From assembly GCA_965204375.1 (NCBI GenBank), contig OZ241986.1:128001-192000 (forward strand): DNA of 64,000 bases, read 5' to 3'. The translations under genes and the position numbers were made by a program. Each line of letters opens with the position of its first letter. Position 1 is the first letter of the stretch. Below, one piece after another: positions 20,033 to 32,200 of the stretch. The notes under the pieces are model-generated. The model was not told the DNA's origin and searched no databases. It worked only from the letters and a program-made list of their open reading frames with translations. Source of the stretch: Candidatus Latescibacterota bacterium (lineage in GTDB: Bacteria > Latescibacterota > UBA2968).

Positions 20033-20653
20033 TTAACGCTTTAACATTTGCTCGTGCTGGCGTTTGCGTTGCAGCAAAATTTGCTGTCGCCGCTTCTGAG
20101 AACTGAGTATGGTGTAAATAATACTCACCCGTTTGCGCGCCGCCTGCAATGCCTGGACATCCCGCTGGTCCTGATTTTTTATCCGGGAGAAATACAGCAT
20201 GCGTTGTGCCGCATCTCGTAGCGACTTTGCCGAAAACAACACTGAGAGTGTTCCCTGTCGTCCTATTTTGTATATTTCACGCGCACGCTGCGCTATATTC
20301 TGCTCGCGATTTTTGAGTTGTGACTCAGCCAGTCTAAGCTGTTGCTCAGTACGGTTGATTTCGTCCCCCAGACTATTGATTTCCTCAGTCAAATTTAGAG
20401 ATGTGTCCTGAGTCTTTTCATCTGGTTGAGCCGATACGTCAGACGAGGCTTGAGGCGTTTGCAAATCACGCGCTTTTAAGCTGTCCATAGCCGCTTGTTC
20501 AGCTTTGAGACGTGCTTCCAGCGCTCTTATTGTTTGTGCGCTTCCATTAGGCGATAATATGAGTAGAAAAGCTATTATACACAATATATACGCTGGTTTT
20601 TGCACGCTATACCTCACGTAATTTCTCTCAACACGCGGTTCAGGGATGCCCAA
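20033..20653 (-). CDS. Coiled-coil periplasmic protein, EnvC-like N-terminal part without M23 domain
   Basis: Signal-like segment, heptads, R...YK.G...LFSA.S motif; follows ftsX. Confidence 0.6.
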   Translation of the reverse strand: MGIPEPRVERNYVRYSVQKPAYILCIIAFLLILSPNGSAQTIRALEARLKAEQAAMDSLKARDLQTPQASSDVSAQPDEKTQDTSLNLTEEINSLGDEINRTEQQLRLAESQLKNREQNIAQRAREIYKIGRQGTLSVLFSAKSLRDAAQRMLYFSRIKNQDQRDVQALQAARKRVSIIYTILSSQKRRQQILLQRKRQHEQMLKR

Positions 20654-21477
20654 CTGCCTATCGCGCCCAGTACGATGCCCAATACTACCAGGCAGAATGA
20701 CAGTTCAATCGTTGGTGTGACTGTCAACTCCGGTACGCGAACAGCCCACCACGGTGCTATATAAGCCAACATCATGGGTGCCAAAAATCCACCGATAGAG
20801 CCTTGTATTGCACCCCCAGCTCCAAATATCATCCATACAGTTATATCCGTTGCGCCGACCAACCGCATAATCCCAATGGCATCGCGCTGCGCGAGTACCA
20901 TCAACTTGGTCGCATGGCTTATTGCAAATGCACACGCAAAACACAGCATACACCCAAGCGCGAGTCCAATGCCGGTGATTACTGTAATAAAATGCGCTAA
21001 AGAATCCGCCCAAGCTTCTCCCACATTTACACCTTCTACAGCACTATGACCGGTTACAGACCTTGCAACAGTTCGAGCTCGGCGCGGCATATTTTCTCCG
21101 GGCGAGATATGTACTCTGAGCGAAGCGGGCAATGGATTGCTCGAAAGTGCATCGACCGTACCCAGGCCAAATAGTGACCGAAATTCTCTGGCAGCCACAT
21201 CCTGATCCACATACACAATTCCGGCTACCTCGGACCTTGCTTCTAACGTGCGCCGCAATGCGATTATGCGCTGAGGTGAAATGCCATCTTTTAAGTAAAT
21301 GTCTATCTCTACCCGTGCGCGCAATCGGTCAACCAGCGCGTTCCCACTCTCGATGACCTGCCAAAAGAATCCCAATACCAGCAGCGATGCCCCAATGGTC
21401 GCCACAGAAATTACACCTGCGATTCTCGTACTCACAACTCCTTGCCAGGCCTCGCGCAATACCAGCGACAATTTCAT
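20614..21477 (-). CDS. ftsX: Cell division permease FtsX
   Basis: Four TM segments, NPLP, IMRLVGAT. Confidence 0.9.
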   Translation of the reverse strand: MKLSLVLREAWQGVVSTRIAGVISVATIGASLLVLGFFWQVIESGNALVDRLRARVEIDIYLKDGISPQRIIALRRTLEARSEVAGIVYVDQDVAAREFRSLFGLGTVDALSSNPLPASLRVHISPGENMPRRARTVARSVTGHSAVEGVNVGEAWADSLAHFITVITGIGLALGCMLCFACAFAISHATKLMVLAQRDAIGIMRLVGATDITVWMIFGAGGAIQGSIGGFLAPMMLAYIAPWWAVRVPELTVTPTIELSFCLVVLGIVLGAIGSWASLNRVLREIT

Positions 21478-21510
21478 TTTACTTTTCCATTTTCTCAATT
21501 TGTGACTTGC

Positions 21511-22161
21511 TCAATGATGCCATTTTCCAACTGCAATAATTCGCCAGGGATATCGATTTTCCTGCACTGCATCACGTGTCGCTATGATTACAGCTATTCC
21601 GCGTGCATTTATCTTTTTTAAAATAGCCATCACATGCTCTGTTGCCTCGGAATCCAAATTGGCTGTTGGTTCATCTGCCAACAAGATAAGGGGATCATTC
21701 ACCAGTGCCCGCGCAATTGCCACTCGTAGCCGTTCATAACCCGACAACTCATCTGGATACACATTGCGTTTGTGCAACAAATCCACATCCGACAATATTG
21801 CCTGTGTTTTTCGCTTGATCCAGCGTCGCGAAACACCTGTTACTTCAAGCGCGAAGGCCACATTTTCATAAACTGTGCGATGGGGTAATAGTTTAAAGTC
21901 TTGAAATACCACGCCCACTTGTCGTCGCAATCGAGGGATATCCGTTTTTCGAATTTGCCGCGAGTCGTACTCTCCCACAGATACCACGCCCGAATCGGGT
22001 AATTCCAAAAATATAATTAGCCCGAGTATTGCGCGCTTTTCCGCTTCGGTCTGTCCAACCAGATAGACAAATTCGCCCTGATTGATCTCTAAATTGGCGT
22101 CGATCAATATCGGTTGTCCCTGCTGCTCGACACCCACGTTTTGTAATTTAATCACAGGCAT
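21511..22161 (-). CDS. ftsE: FtsE-like ABC ATPase with degenerate catalytic motifs
   Basis: LRRQVGVVFQDFKLL, ADEPTANLD; upstream of ftsX. Confidence 0.85.
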   Translation of the reverse strand: MPVIKLQNVGVEQQGQPILIDANLEINQGEFVYLVGQTEAEKRAILGLIIFLELPDSGVVSVGEYDSRQIRKTDIPRLRRQVGVVFQDFKLLPHRTVYENVAFALEVTGVSRRWIKRKTQAILSDVDLLHKRNVYPDELSGYERLRVAIARALVNDPLILLADEPTANLDSEATEHVMAILKKINARGIAVIIATRDAVQENRYPWRIIAVGKWHH

Positions 22162-22193
22162 GATGTACGACTGCTTCAGTAGTTCCAATTGAA

Positions 22194-22943
22194 CTATTTT
22201 TTTAGAACAAAATGCACCCGGTCCGAAAATTCTGTCGGTGTTGCATACCCAAATCCACCGTATGCTCCCACTATATCAAAAGGCGATTTATCTACAATTT
22301 CTTCAATCGCCGACAAGGAATAGATGCGCTGTTGATGCACTTCTTTGACCACTTCATCCGTATCTTCAAAGTGAATATCAAATTTGTTGTATTGCACACC
22401 CTTCTCGTAATAGCTGTGTCGCCGATATGAAAATCCATCCCCCGAATCTTCTGACTGCATGTTGCTAAAGTATTGCCTCGAATTGCTCTCTGTACATATA
22501 TCGACTACAAAAACACCGTTGAAATTTACAATGCGATGTACTTCTTCCAGAGCACATGCGATCATTTCAGGGGACATCAAATAGTTGATGCTATCGTACA
22601 AACACAACACTGCGTCACATGGAGGCAAATCGCTCAAATCAAGCAGATTGCGATGGTAAAATGGAATGGGATAGCGCAACTTGCGCGCCTTTTCTATAGC
22701 CATATCCAGCATTTCCCGGCAACCATCCGCACCCATCACATCGAACTTCTGACGGTATAACTGAATTGCCAAACTACCCGTGCCACAGGCCAGGTCCAAT
22801 ACGCGGTTGGGTTTGACTTTGTGTCGTGCGAGCAATGACGACACATAATGCGCCCAATGTACGTAATCCACATGTCGCATCACATGGTCGTAAATGGTCG
22901 CTAAGCGACTATAAGGTGTTGCCTCAGTTTCAAAATTCGGCAT
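22194..22943 (-). CDS. Class I SAM-dependent methyltransferase
   Basis: VLDLACGTG, DSINY. Confidence 0.9.
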   Translation of the reverse strand: MPNFETEATPYSRLATIYDHVMRHVDYVHWAHYVSSLLARHKVKPNRVLDLACGTGSLAIQLYRQKFDVMGADGCREMLDMAIEKARKLRYPIPFYHRNLLDLSDLPPCDAVLCLYDSINYLMSPEMIACALEEVHRIVNFNGVFVVDICTESNSRQYFSNMQSEDSGDGFSYRRHSYYEKGVQYNKFDIHFEDTDEVVKEVHQQRIYSLSAIEEIVDKSPFDIVGAYGGFGYATPTEFSDRVHFVLKK

Positions 22944-23015
22944 AAAATGAAAAACGGCCAGCCCGTGCCGGCCTTGACCTTTCTACTTTGCGGAGTGGTG
23001 AGGGGAGAGCGCGTC

Positions 23016-23288
23016 TCAAAAAAATTCTGGTGCCCGTGCCTCATCTCGAATAACGCGATAATAGTCAGGTGCTCGTTTCCGCGACACATTGCCCCGTGGA
23101 ATCGCCAATACTTCAAACTCTAACAGGCGGTCGGAAAACGCAATGCTCACTCTCTGGCCGATACGCAAAACGCGACTCGCCTTGGCTTCCTGCCCATCTA
23201 CTGTCACAATCCCATTGCCACACGCCCGCTTGGCCTCTGATCGACGCCGCACCAGACAACACGTATTTAGATATATATCTAATCTCAT
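23016..23288 (-). CDS. S4 RNA-binding protein (Hsp15/YabO-like)
   Basis: MRLD.YL....LV.RRS.AK.AC..G. Confidence 0.9.
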   Translation of the reverse strand: MRLDIYLNTCCLVRRRSEAKRACGNGIVTVDGQEAKASRVLRIGQRVSIAFSDRLLEFEVLAIPRGNVSRKRAPDYYRVIRDEARAPEFF

Positions 23289-23319
23289 GTCACGTTTGCC
23301 CCAACGAGTCTCTGCTCTT

Positions 23320-24564
23320 TTACTCTTCCAGCCGCACATCCACATATAATTTCGCTCGCGTTTCCGCCAGTTTCTCGCGGAATAATGCTTGCAAGCGTTC
23401 CTCTTTGGCAATTTGCTCTAATGCGGTGGCCTCATCATTGATGCGGAATAGGTTCCAGCCGCCTTCCACTTTTACGGGCAAACTCACATCGCCCGGCTTA
23501 AGTGCTCGCACCACCTCTGCATATTCGGGCGGAAGGTCAGTTCTGGGAAAACTTCCCAGAAATCCGCCGCGCGATGCTGTTTCTTCAAAGTCGGAATGTT
23601 CGCGCGCAAGTTCGGCAAAATCCACCCCGTCTTTAATTTGTTGATACAACGCCATTGCCTTTTGCTGCGAGGCTTTTTCGTCTTTTTGCAACAAAAACAA
23701 AATGTGCCGCGCCCGCACCTGGTCGCCCGATATTTCCTCAACGCGAATAATGTGAAAGCCAAATTGCGATTGCACGAGGTCGCTCACTTCGCCGACTTTG
23801 AGACTGAAGGCAACATCTTCAAATGCAGGTACCATGGTACCGCGCCCAAAAAAGCCCAGATCTCCACCCCGAGATGCACTGCCAGGGTCCTGTGAGTATT
23901 CTTTTGCCAGCGCTGCAAAATCTTCACCTGCTCGAATGCGTTCTAAGACCGCTTCTGCCTGGGGGCGAATTTTGTCCTGTTGTTCTGTCGATGCAACAGG
24001 TTCAACAAATATATGGCTCAAAGACACGACATTCGACTCGCCGCGCCGGTATTTTTCTTGAAATTCCTTTATATCTCGGGGCGATACGCTGACCTGCTGC
24101 GCCAGCATTTCATACATACTGCGTTCCAAATACTGATTGCGAAATTGTTCCCTGAATTTGTCTCGCATCTGTCGCTCGGTCAACCCCGCTTTTTTTAATT
24201 CTTCGGCAAAAGCCGCTGTGCCAAATTGTTCCTTAAACTGGCGAACCTGCGCTCGCACCATTTCTTCCACGCGCTCGTCATCTATCTCTATGCTGTCTTC
24301 TCGCGCTCTGACCAGTAATAAGTTGCGCTGAATTTCATTTTCCAGCACCTTATTGAACATATTCTCAAGCTCTGCCTGCGGTACAGTTCGCACATCAATT
24401 CCCCGACCGATCAATTCCATCCGCAGCTTGTTCTCCACATCGGATCGCAACACAATTTTGTCATCTACTACTGCTATAATTTTATCCAATAAGATAGGTT
24501 CTGCACGCGCTGTGCCCGCGAGCAGGAATACCCCAATCAGCAAGTTGATAAGCGGCGTTTTCAT
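23320..24564 (-). CDS. surA: SurA-like parvulin peptidylprolyl isomerase
   Basis: DKIIAVVD N-domain; two rotamase domains ([12 protein letters not shown]). Confidence 0.85.
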   Translation of the reverse strand: MKTPLINLLIGVFLLAGTARAEPILLDKIIAVVDDKIVLRSDVENKLRMELIGRGIDVRTVPQAELENMFNKVLENEIQRNLLLVRAREDSIEIDDERVEEMVRAQVRQFKEQFGTAAFAEELKKAGLTERQMRDKFREQFRNQYLERSMYEMLAQQVSVSPRDIKEFQEKYRRGESNVVSLSHIFVEPVASTEQQDKIRPQAEAVLERIRAGEDFAALAKEYSQDPGSASRGGDLGFFGRGTMVPAFEDVAFSLKVGEVSDLVQSQFGFHIIRVEEISGDQVRARHILFLLQKDEKASQQKAMALYQQIKDGVDFAELAREHSDFEETASRGGFLGSFPRTDLPPEYAEVVRALKPGDVSLPVKVEGGWNLFRINDEATALEQIAKEERLQALFREKLAETRAKLYVDVRLEE

Positions 24565-24598
24565 GTCGATAAATTCCTTGAAATCGGTGAGACATTCC

Positions 24599-25456
24599 TC
24601 ACCTTGCACTATTCAATTGCTTCCAATCCACTGACCATTCAATCCGTTCTTTGAGCTCGGCAAGCAATTTGGCGCGTTGCGCGCGTCGGCGCTCGGTCAG
24701 GATGCGTTGCTGAATCTCGCTGCGCACATCGACCAGATCGCGTATTGAACCCGCGTCGTTTCGATCCATTACTTCGATGATATGGTAGCCCAACTCGGTA
24801 CGCGTGCGTATCCGGTGTCCCAATTTGGCATCCCAACATGCCGCCCAAAAAGAAGAGTTGACCATATCTTCGGTAAAATACCCCAGATCGCCACCATTTA
24901 TAGCCGACTGATCGATTGAGACTTCGCGTGCTACCTGTTCAAAAAATTCGCCCTTTTGCAGCCGGTCCCACGCCCGAGTCTGTGCATTCCGATCTGCCAC
25001 AATGAGGTGCCGTACCCTGAGTTCGAGTTGTTCGCGCTCAAAATCTGCACGATGTTCTTCGTAATAGGCGAGAATTTCATCCTCTGAGACTTCGGCATCG
25101 CGTGCGTGCGTGCGTGCCATCAATTCGCTCGCCAACAGTTGCCGAACAGCGCGGTCAATGCGGTCTGATATTTCGGGGTCCTGGTCGAGTTTTTGTCTTA
25201 TGGCTTCTCGATAGAAGAGTTCTTCCTCGATCCATTTTTCGACCAATATTTGTTTTTCTTTTGCTGAGATTGTGCCTGCAAACGGAGGGGGAATACGTCT
25301 CTCCAATGCTTCTTTGGTCAGATGGCGATTCCCCACTTGCGCCACGATGGAAACTTTTTGTGGCCTCTCGCATCCCCACATGCCAATCAGGCAGATTATC
25401 AGGCCAATTTTCAAATACCGCGCTCGCTTCAAAACGCGATCCCCCATTGCGATCAT
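24599..25456 (-). CDS. Parvulin-type peptidylprolyl isomerase lipoprotein
   Basis: Lipobox-like WGC; GGDLGYF, GYHII. Confidence 0.85.
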   Translation of the reverse strand: MIAMGDRVLKRARYLKIGLIICLIGMWGCERPQKVSIVAQVGNRHLTKEALERRIPPPFAGTISAKEKQILVEKWIEEELFYREAIRQKLDQDPEISDRIDRAVRQLLASELMARTHARDAEVSEDEILAYYEEHRADFEREQLELRVRHLIVADRNAQTRAWDRLQKGEFFEQVAREVSIDQSAINGGDLGYFTEDMVNSSFWAACWDAKLGHRIRTRTELGYHIIEVMDRNDAGSIRDLVDVRSEIQQRILTERRRAQRAKLLAELKERIEWSVDWKQLNSAR

Positions 25457-25520
25457 ATCCCCGCATGTGGCTCTAAACTATTGGCAATAAAAAAGGTTCC
25501 AAGTAATCGAATATACGCCT

Positions 25521-28500
25521 TCAAATTAGGCTCTGCAACACATTTTTAGCCGATTCTAACCGCGATTGCGGTCCCTTTCCAATTAGTGCGACTTCGATTT
25601 TTGGCGGCTCTCCCAGAGCAAATTCCAGGGGGATTGGTGACTGTGTCACCATCCGTTCGATATCTGTTCGCATCAAGGGTTTGTCTGGCGACAGGGTCAT
25701 TGTCATGGTCTGTCCAATTTGCAACTGCGATAACCTGAGTTGGCGGGCCAAAATTTTGACCTGTAAGATGTCTAATAATGCGGATGTGGGGTCGGGCAAA
25801 GGCCCAAAGCGGTCCGCGAGTTCTTCTTCAATCGCCAGGACTTCCACTGTTCGCCTTATCTGGCCCAATCTCTGATAAAACTGCATTTTTTGATCTGCAT
25901 CTGGAATATAGTCGTCTGGAATATACGACGAGACGGACACCTGTACATCTGGCTCAATCGCAGGTTCAGTCTCATCGCCTTTAATTTGCCGCACGGCTTC
26001 GTCCAAAAGGCGCGTGTACAAATCAAATCCCACGGCTGCTATATGTCCGTGTTGTTGCGCGCCGAGCAAGTTGCCCGTGCCCCTGATTTCCATGTCTCGC
26101 ATTGAAATGTGAAAACCCGATCCCAAATCCGAAAATTCTTCGATGGCGCGCAATCGCCTCACCGCCGGTTTTTTGAGTGCTTGCCACGACGGCACGCATA
26201 AATACGCATATGCCCGCTTATTCGACCGCCCTACTCGACCGCGCAATTGATACAACTGCGCCAATCCCAGGCGATCTGCTCGATTTACGATTAGCGTGTT
26301 CGCATTGGGAATGTCCAGCCCGGATTCCACGATCATGGTCGAGACCAGAACATCGTATTTGTGCTCAAAAAAGTCCATCATCACTTTTTCGAGTTGTCGC
26401 TCGGGCATTTGTCCATGTCCCATACCAAAACGCACCTGCGGTAGCAAGCGCGTGAGAAAGCCCATCATCGCGTGCATGGATTGAACCCGATTGTGGACAA
26501 AATAAACCTGTCCACCGCGATCTACTTCCCGTAAGACCGCTTCGGCAATGCGGTCTTCTTCAAAAGCCAGCACTTCGGTCTGAATTGGCAAGCGGTCTTT
26601 GGGCGGGGTTTGTATGACAGACATATCGCGTGCGCCCATCAGCGACATGTGCAGGGTGCGCGGAATGGGTGTGGCGGTAAGTGTCAACACATCTACCAGG
26701 CGTCGCATTTCTTTTAACCGCTCTTTGTGCCGCACTCCAAAGCGGTGTTCTTCGTCTATGACCAGAAGGCCGAGGGATTTGAAGTTGACATCTTTTGACA
26801 ACAACCGATGCGTGCCCACCACGATATCTACGGTGCCTTTCTTCATTGCTTCGAGGGTTCGCGTTTGTTCGGCCCGCGTTCGGAAGCGGCTCAAGACCGC
26901 TACATGGACGGGAAATTCGGAAAACCGTTCGCAAAATGTGCGATAATGTTGTTGCGCCAAAATGGTCGTGGGAGCGAGTACTGCTACTTGTTTGCCATCT
27001 AAAATTGCCTTAAACGCCCCGCGAATCGCCACTTCTGTTTTGCCATATCCCACATCGCCACAAATCAAGCGGTCCATGGCAGACTGCGCTTCCATATCTT
27101 TTCGCACGGCGTCAATCGCTTCTTGTTGATCCCGGGTTTCGCGATAGGGAAATGAGGCTTCAAGTGCGTTCATTTCTGATCCGTCAGGCGAAAATGCCAT
27201 GCCCGGTTGCGCCTTGCGTTCGGCGTATAATGACACGAGTTCTGCCGCCATTTTGAATATGGCTTTGCGCGTCTTTTCCTTTAGTCGCTCCCAGGCTACT
27301 GTGCCCAATTTGCTCAATACGGGTACTACGCCATCTTGGCTTGAATATTTTTGCACCTGATCCATTTGATCCACTGGCACAAAAACCCGATCCCCATCCC
27401 GATATCCAATGGTCAGACAATCGCTGGACATGCGGCCTATTTCAATTCGCTTCACGCCGTCAAACCGACCGATTCCGTGATCTACGTGCACGACAAAGTC
27501 GCCGCGCTGAAGTGCGGACACAGTCTTGATGGGCTGTGCGTCTTGAAAACGTCGATACCGCCGTCTGCGATGTACGCGGCTGTAAATTTCGTGGTCATTG
27601 ATCAAAAAGACTTTGCCGGGGCGGTATGTAAATCCGGATTGTAGTGTACCCACATATAGGGAGACGATATCGGCACTTTCTTCCAGGATTTCTTCCAACC
27701 GCGCTTTTTGCCCTTCACTTTCACACAGAATGACCACTTCATAAGCGTCCAACCAGTGCTTTCGCAAATCCTCTTTTAACAGTTGCACATGGCCTTCGTA
27801 GTGTCGCCCACTCTGTCCACCCAAATCCACCATTTTCTCAGATGTCCCCCCCAGTGCGCGATTCAAGACCCGGGGCATGCGTTCCAATTGCCGAAGCACG
27901 GTCTCAGGTTGGCGGAGTACACATTGCGCTGGCAAGGGTTCTGTTTCTGCCCGCCGTTTCTTTTGTCGCTGTGCGATTTGCTCACACGCGTGCCAGGCGT
28001 TATCTGCGGCAGTAGCGATACCATCCGGGTCATCGAGGACGAGCCAGCATCCTTCGGGCACGTAATCCAACAACCCCGTTCGCTCGCCATATAACACACT
28101 CAAATAGTGTTCCTGTCCTTCAAAAATGCCTTCGCGTTCCAGTAAGTTTCGCACCTCGGGCAATTCAATGCCCAGATCCCGTTCTGCTATTTCCAGGTTT
28201 TCCAGATAAATATCCGCCAGTGTAAGCGGAAGTACGCTTTCCCGACAGGGCAAAATGCGCGTTTCCTCCAGTTGCGCGATAGACCGCTGAGTGCTCAAAT
28301 CAAATGCTCGGATGGATGAAATTTCATCGCCCCAAAACTCCAGTCTGACTGGATGCGCGTTGCCAAACGAACAAACATCCAGGATGCCGCCGCGCATTCC
28401 AAATTGCCCCACACCTTCCACAGTTGTTACCCGTTCATATCCGATTTCCACCAGATGATCGGCCAGTTGTAGGGGCGAGATCTCCTGTTCCAGACGAAGC

Positions 28501-28928
28501 GTTTTTACACTCAGGTCAAAGAGGTCTGGAGGCAAGGTGTGTCCCATCAAGGCTTCGATGGGTGTGACCACAATGCCACTGGCTTTCCGGTGCAACTGGT
28601 CCAGCGCTTCCATCCGCAAGCCCACGACATCAAGGTGCGGCGAACGCCCGTCAAAATGCGCGACACCCCAACCTGGAAAGTAGCCCACGTGTTCTTCGTC
28701 TAACAGCCGCTCCAAATCATTGCGCAATGCCTCGGCGCGGTCCTCATCTGCACATACGACTACCACCGGGCCGGGTACGGTTTCTTCAATCCATGCGATG
28801 GCAAATGCAGATAGCGCCCCGGTGCCTCCGCGCATGGTTACGGCCCGTTTTCCCGATTCCAGTTTTTGCGATAGGTCTTTAAATGGCGTCGAGTTTTTGA
28901 TTCTGTTGTACAATATATCAACGGACAT
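25521..28928 (-). CDS. mfd: Transcription-repair coupling factor
   Basis: VVHVDHGIG, GDVGYGKT, DEEH, QLRGRVGR. Confidence 0.98.
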   Translation of the reverse strand: MSVDILYNRIKNSTPFKDLSQKLESGKRAVTMRGGTGALSAFAIAWIEETVPGPVVVVCADEDRAEALRNDLERLLDEEHVGYFPGWGVAHFDGRSPHLDVVGLRMEALDQLHRKASGIVVTPIEALMGHTLPPDLFDLSVKTLRLEQEISPLQLADHLVEIGYERVTTVEGVGQFGMRGGILDVCSFGNAHPVRLEFWGDEISSIRAFDLSTQRSIAQLEETRILPCRESVLPLTLADIYLENLEIAERDLGIELPEVRNLLEREGIFEGQEHYLSVLYGERTGLLDYVPEGCWLVLDDPDGIATAADNAWHACEQIAQRQKKRRAETEPLPAQCVLRQPETVLRQLERMPRVLNRALGGTSEKMVDLGGQSGRHYEGHVQLLKEDLRKHWLDAYEVVILCESEGQKARLEEILEESADIVSLYVGTLQSGFTYRPGKVFLINDHEIYSRVHRRRRYRRFQDAQPIKTVSALQRGDFVVHVDHGIGRFDGVKRIEIGRMSSDCLTIGYRDGDRVFVPVDQMDQVQKYSSQDGVVPVLSKLGTVAWERLKEKTRKAIFKMAAELVSLYAERKAQPGMAFSPDGSEMNALEASFPYRETRDQQEAIDAVRKDMEAQSAMDRLICGDVGYGKTEVAIRGAFKAILDGKQVAVLAPTTILAQQHYRTFCERFSEFPVHVAVLSRFRTRAEQTRTLEAMKKGTVDIVVGTHRLLSKDVNFKSLGLLVIDEEHRFGVRHKERLKEMRRLVDVLTLTATPIPRTLHMSLMGARDMSVIQTPPKDRLPIQTEVLAFEEDRIAEAVLREVDRGGQVYFVHNRVQSMHAMMGFLTRLLPQVRFGMGHGQMPERQLEKVMMDFFEHKYDVLVSTMIVESGLDIPNANTLIVNRADRLGLAQLYQLRGRVGRSNKRAYAYLCVPSWQALKKPAVRRLRAIEEFSDLGSGFHISMRDMEIRGTGNLLGAQQHGHIAAVGFDLYTRLLDEAVRQIKGDETEPAIEPDVQVSVSSYIPDDYIPDADQKMQFYQRLGQIRRTVEVLAIEEELADRFGPLPDPTSALLDILQVKILARQLRLSQLQIGQTMTMTLSPDKPLMRTDIERMVTQSPIPLEFALGEPPKIEVALIGKGPQSRLESAKNVLQSLI

Positions 28929-28962
28929 AAATTTTAACTTTTCCTCCCAAACAGTACACACC

Positions 28963-28996
28963 AAAAAGCTCGACACATTGTATGCGTCGAGCTTTT
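28963..28996 (-). terminator. Intrinsic terminator after tRNA-Asp
   Basis: AAAAGCTCGAC...GTCGAGCTTTT hairpin. Confidence 0.75.
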
Positions 28997-29004
28997 CAGA
29001 AAAA

Positions 29005-29082
29005 TGGCGGGGTAGACGGGGCTCGAACCCGCGACCACCGGCGTGACAGGCCGGTACTCTAACCAGACTGAGCTACTACCCC
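29005..29082 (-). tRNA. tRNA-Asp(GTC)
   Basis: GGGGTAG/CTACCCC acceptor stem, CTGTCAC anticodon loop, GGTTCGA, encoded CCA. Confidence 0.97.
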
Positions 29083-29127
29083 AGGTTCAATTGTGAAACA
29101 ATCTTCAAAATTCTCTGAAGGAACGAA

Positions 29128-29156
29128 AATTTAACAAGGTGTCTTTGCAGTGTCAA
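29128..29156 (-). promoter_or_regulatory. sigma70 promoter of tRNA-Asp
   Basis: TTGACA-17-TAAATT with TG extension. Confidence 0.8.
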
Positions 29157-29246
29157 GCAAATTTAACAAATTATACCCCTTGTTTTTAGCATATCATCTC
29201 ATTATGTTGGGGCGATTTCACGCCAAAACTTTCAAAGGAGAATTTT

Positions 29247-32200
29247 ATGACTCGACGCGATGCTTTATGGATCGTTTGCTTCCTGGTCGCAGGGGCGCTT
29301 GGTCTCACCTGTTATATCCAGTTTTTCGACCGCGCGCTCCCCGTTGCTTCGCTCAATTTTCGCGTAGATCGCGAACAGGCATATCAATCTGCTGAAGCGT
29401 ATCTCGACCGTCTGGGTTACGATCTCACAGATTACGAAAGTGCTCAGGTATTCTCGTACTCCAGCCTGCCCCAGGTGTTTCTCGAACGCACCCTGGGTCT
29501 TGAGGAAGCCAACCAACTCGTGCGCGAATGGGTTTCGGTATGGTACTGGAATATCCGCTGGTTTAAGCCGCTTCAAAAAGAAGAACTCCGCGTGCGCATT
29601 GATCCCGGTGGACGTATCGTAGGGTTTACGCACAGCATCCTGGAGTCTGACGAAGGCGCGAGTCTTTCAGAAGAAGATGCCCGCGTTATTGCGGAAACCT
29701 TTCTGACCGATGTGCAGGGCTTTCAACTCGACGATTACGAGCCTATCGAAGCGTCGAGTATTGAGCGCCCCAATCGCATGGATCACACTTTTACTTACCG
29801 CAAAAAAGACTTTGTTGTAGGCGATGATGGGCACTACCGTTTGAGAGTTACAGTTAAGGGCGATAAAGCAGGTTATTTTGCCGAATATCTCAAAGTGCCC
29901 GAAACTTTTTCCCGCAATTATCGAGAAATTCGCTCGCGTGCGGGCCTGCTTACCAATATCGCGTCGGTTTTCGCTTTTGCACTGGGCATTGCAATGGTTG
30001 TGGTGCTCGTGCGTAAATATCGCCAGCGCACATTGATATGGCGCGCTGCTCTCGGCGTGGGCATTCTCGTAGTCGCTACCACTTTCCTCGGCGCCGTCAA
30101 TGGCTATCCGATCACGCGCTTTGGTTACGATACCACGCAGTCCTTTGTTTCCTTTATTCTCACTTTTATTTTTTATACCTGTCTATTGGGTGCCGTGCTC
30201 AGTGGGATCATGATTGCCCTGTCCGGCGCAGCCGGAGGAGCTGCCGCCCAGGATGTGGAAGGCTGGAAAAATCCGCTCGCACGTCTGTCTCTGCGCGGCT
30301 GGCGATCCGCGAGTTTTGCTCGCATCACCCTCGTCGGTTATGGGCTTGCATTTGCCCATCTGGGATATGTGACCATCTTTTACATTTTGGGCAATGATTA
30401 TCTGGGGGTCTGGTCTCCTGCGGCGATGACACAGTACAGCAATACGTATAGCACATACTTGCCGTGGATTTATCCCCTGCTTATCGGTCTTGTCGCCGCT
30501 ACATCAGAAGAATTTCTCTTTCGTCTGCTCGCCATTTCCCTGCTCATCCGCTGGCTCAAAAAACCCTGGTTGGCCGTGCTCATTCCCGCGATTGTGTGGG
30601 CCTTTTTGCACGCGAATTATCCGCAGGAGCCTATTTATATTCGCGGTCTCGAACTCACCGTGGTTGGCGTTATCTTTGGTATTGTGTTTTTGCGCTACGG
30701 TGTTTGGGCAACGATTATTTCGCATTATGTGTACAATTGCTTTCTCGGAATTTACCCGATGGTGCAGTCCGATAGTCTCTACTTCAAGGTCTCGGGCATT
30801 CTGGCGGTTGCGATTATCTTTATTCCGGCCATTCCCGCTATTTTTGGCGTGATTACGGGGCGCTATAAAGAGATTGAGGAGCCCGAAGAGGTGTCACCTC
30901 CTGAGCCGCCACAAGATGCAGTGCCCGAAACAGCGATGCCCGAACCAGAACCACCCGCTGAACCCGAGGTCGAACGCAAAACCCCTTCGGATTATCTCAT
31001 TCCAAAGAGTGGTCTCGTCGTCTTTGGCATTCTCGGTCTGATTGGTTGGTCTGTGTATTTTTCATTTACTCCTCCAGGATTTGCCAAATATGCCCGCGAG
31101 TCCATTATTACGCGGGCTGAGGCGGTTGAAAAAGCAGAGAATATTCGCCGGCAACTCGGCCTCGAGCTCGAAGGCTATCAACGCACCACGTCATTTTCCA
31201 GTGGTTTTAGATCCGGCCATTTTATACATCTTATCCGAAATGTCGATCTGGCGCATGCGGATACGCTCGCTGCTGAGCACACAGCCTCGTGGCGATGGAG
31301 GGTGCGCTGGTTCAAACCTCTGGAAAAGGAAGAACTCACAATTAGCATTGATGGCAATGGCGATTTTTGCCGCATATCGCATTATGTTCCCGAAAATCGA
31401 GAGGGCGCAGAACTCAGTACGGAAGAAGCGCAAAAGATCGCCGAGGCTTTTCTGTCCGGATATTTACAGCGCGATGTGACAGATACAGCGCTTTACAAAC
31501 GCCTTGAAGCTCGTTCGCAAAAGCGCGAAAACAGAATGGACCACAGTTTTGTGTGGGAACGCACAGACATCAAAGTTGAAGAGGGCGAATTTCGCATTAT
31601 TGCCTCTGTACAGGGCGATCAAATCGGCCAGACAAACGCATATTACAAAGCACCCGAAGAGTTTTTGCGCAAATTGCGCGAACGCACGGCAAAAAGTACG
31701 ATTGTCTCTACTGTCTCGACAATCGCAGTTATTGTTACGGCTGTGCTCGCCATTATTTTCTTTTTGCGTGCCTATCGCAATGGACAGGTCAACTGGCAGT
31801 TGCCCATTCGCGTTGGCATTCTATCTGGTGCCTGTTTTGTGCTGGAAAGACTCAATAATCTACCCACGTTCTACGGAAATTATAACACCAGTGAAGCGAT
31901 GAGCACCTTTCTCGGCGATAAACTCATTGACCTCGTCATAGGACTTGTTATTGCTGCGATCATGGCTTTTTTAATCAGTGCGTTTGGCGATACAATGTAC
32001 CGTCGTGAACGGCCCCGCGAGATGCAAATTTCCGATTGGATCGATGTGCTTCGCCTGAAAATAAATAGTACAGCTCTCTGGTGGCAGGTTGTCTTTCTTG
32101 TCGTGTGCTATTTTGGTCTTACCAGAGGTAACAGTATTTTTTCGTCTTATATCAATCTCACCTATCTCGGCGACTACCTCGGTGCAGGCGGTGGTGCGCC

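Noticed and set aside
28720-29046. 108-aa ORF
   Set aside because: Antisense to mfd and tRNA-Asp
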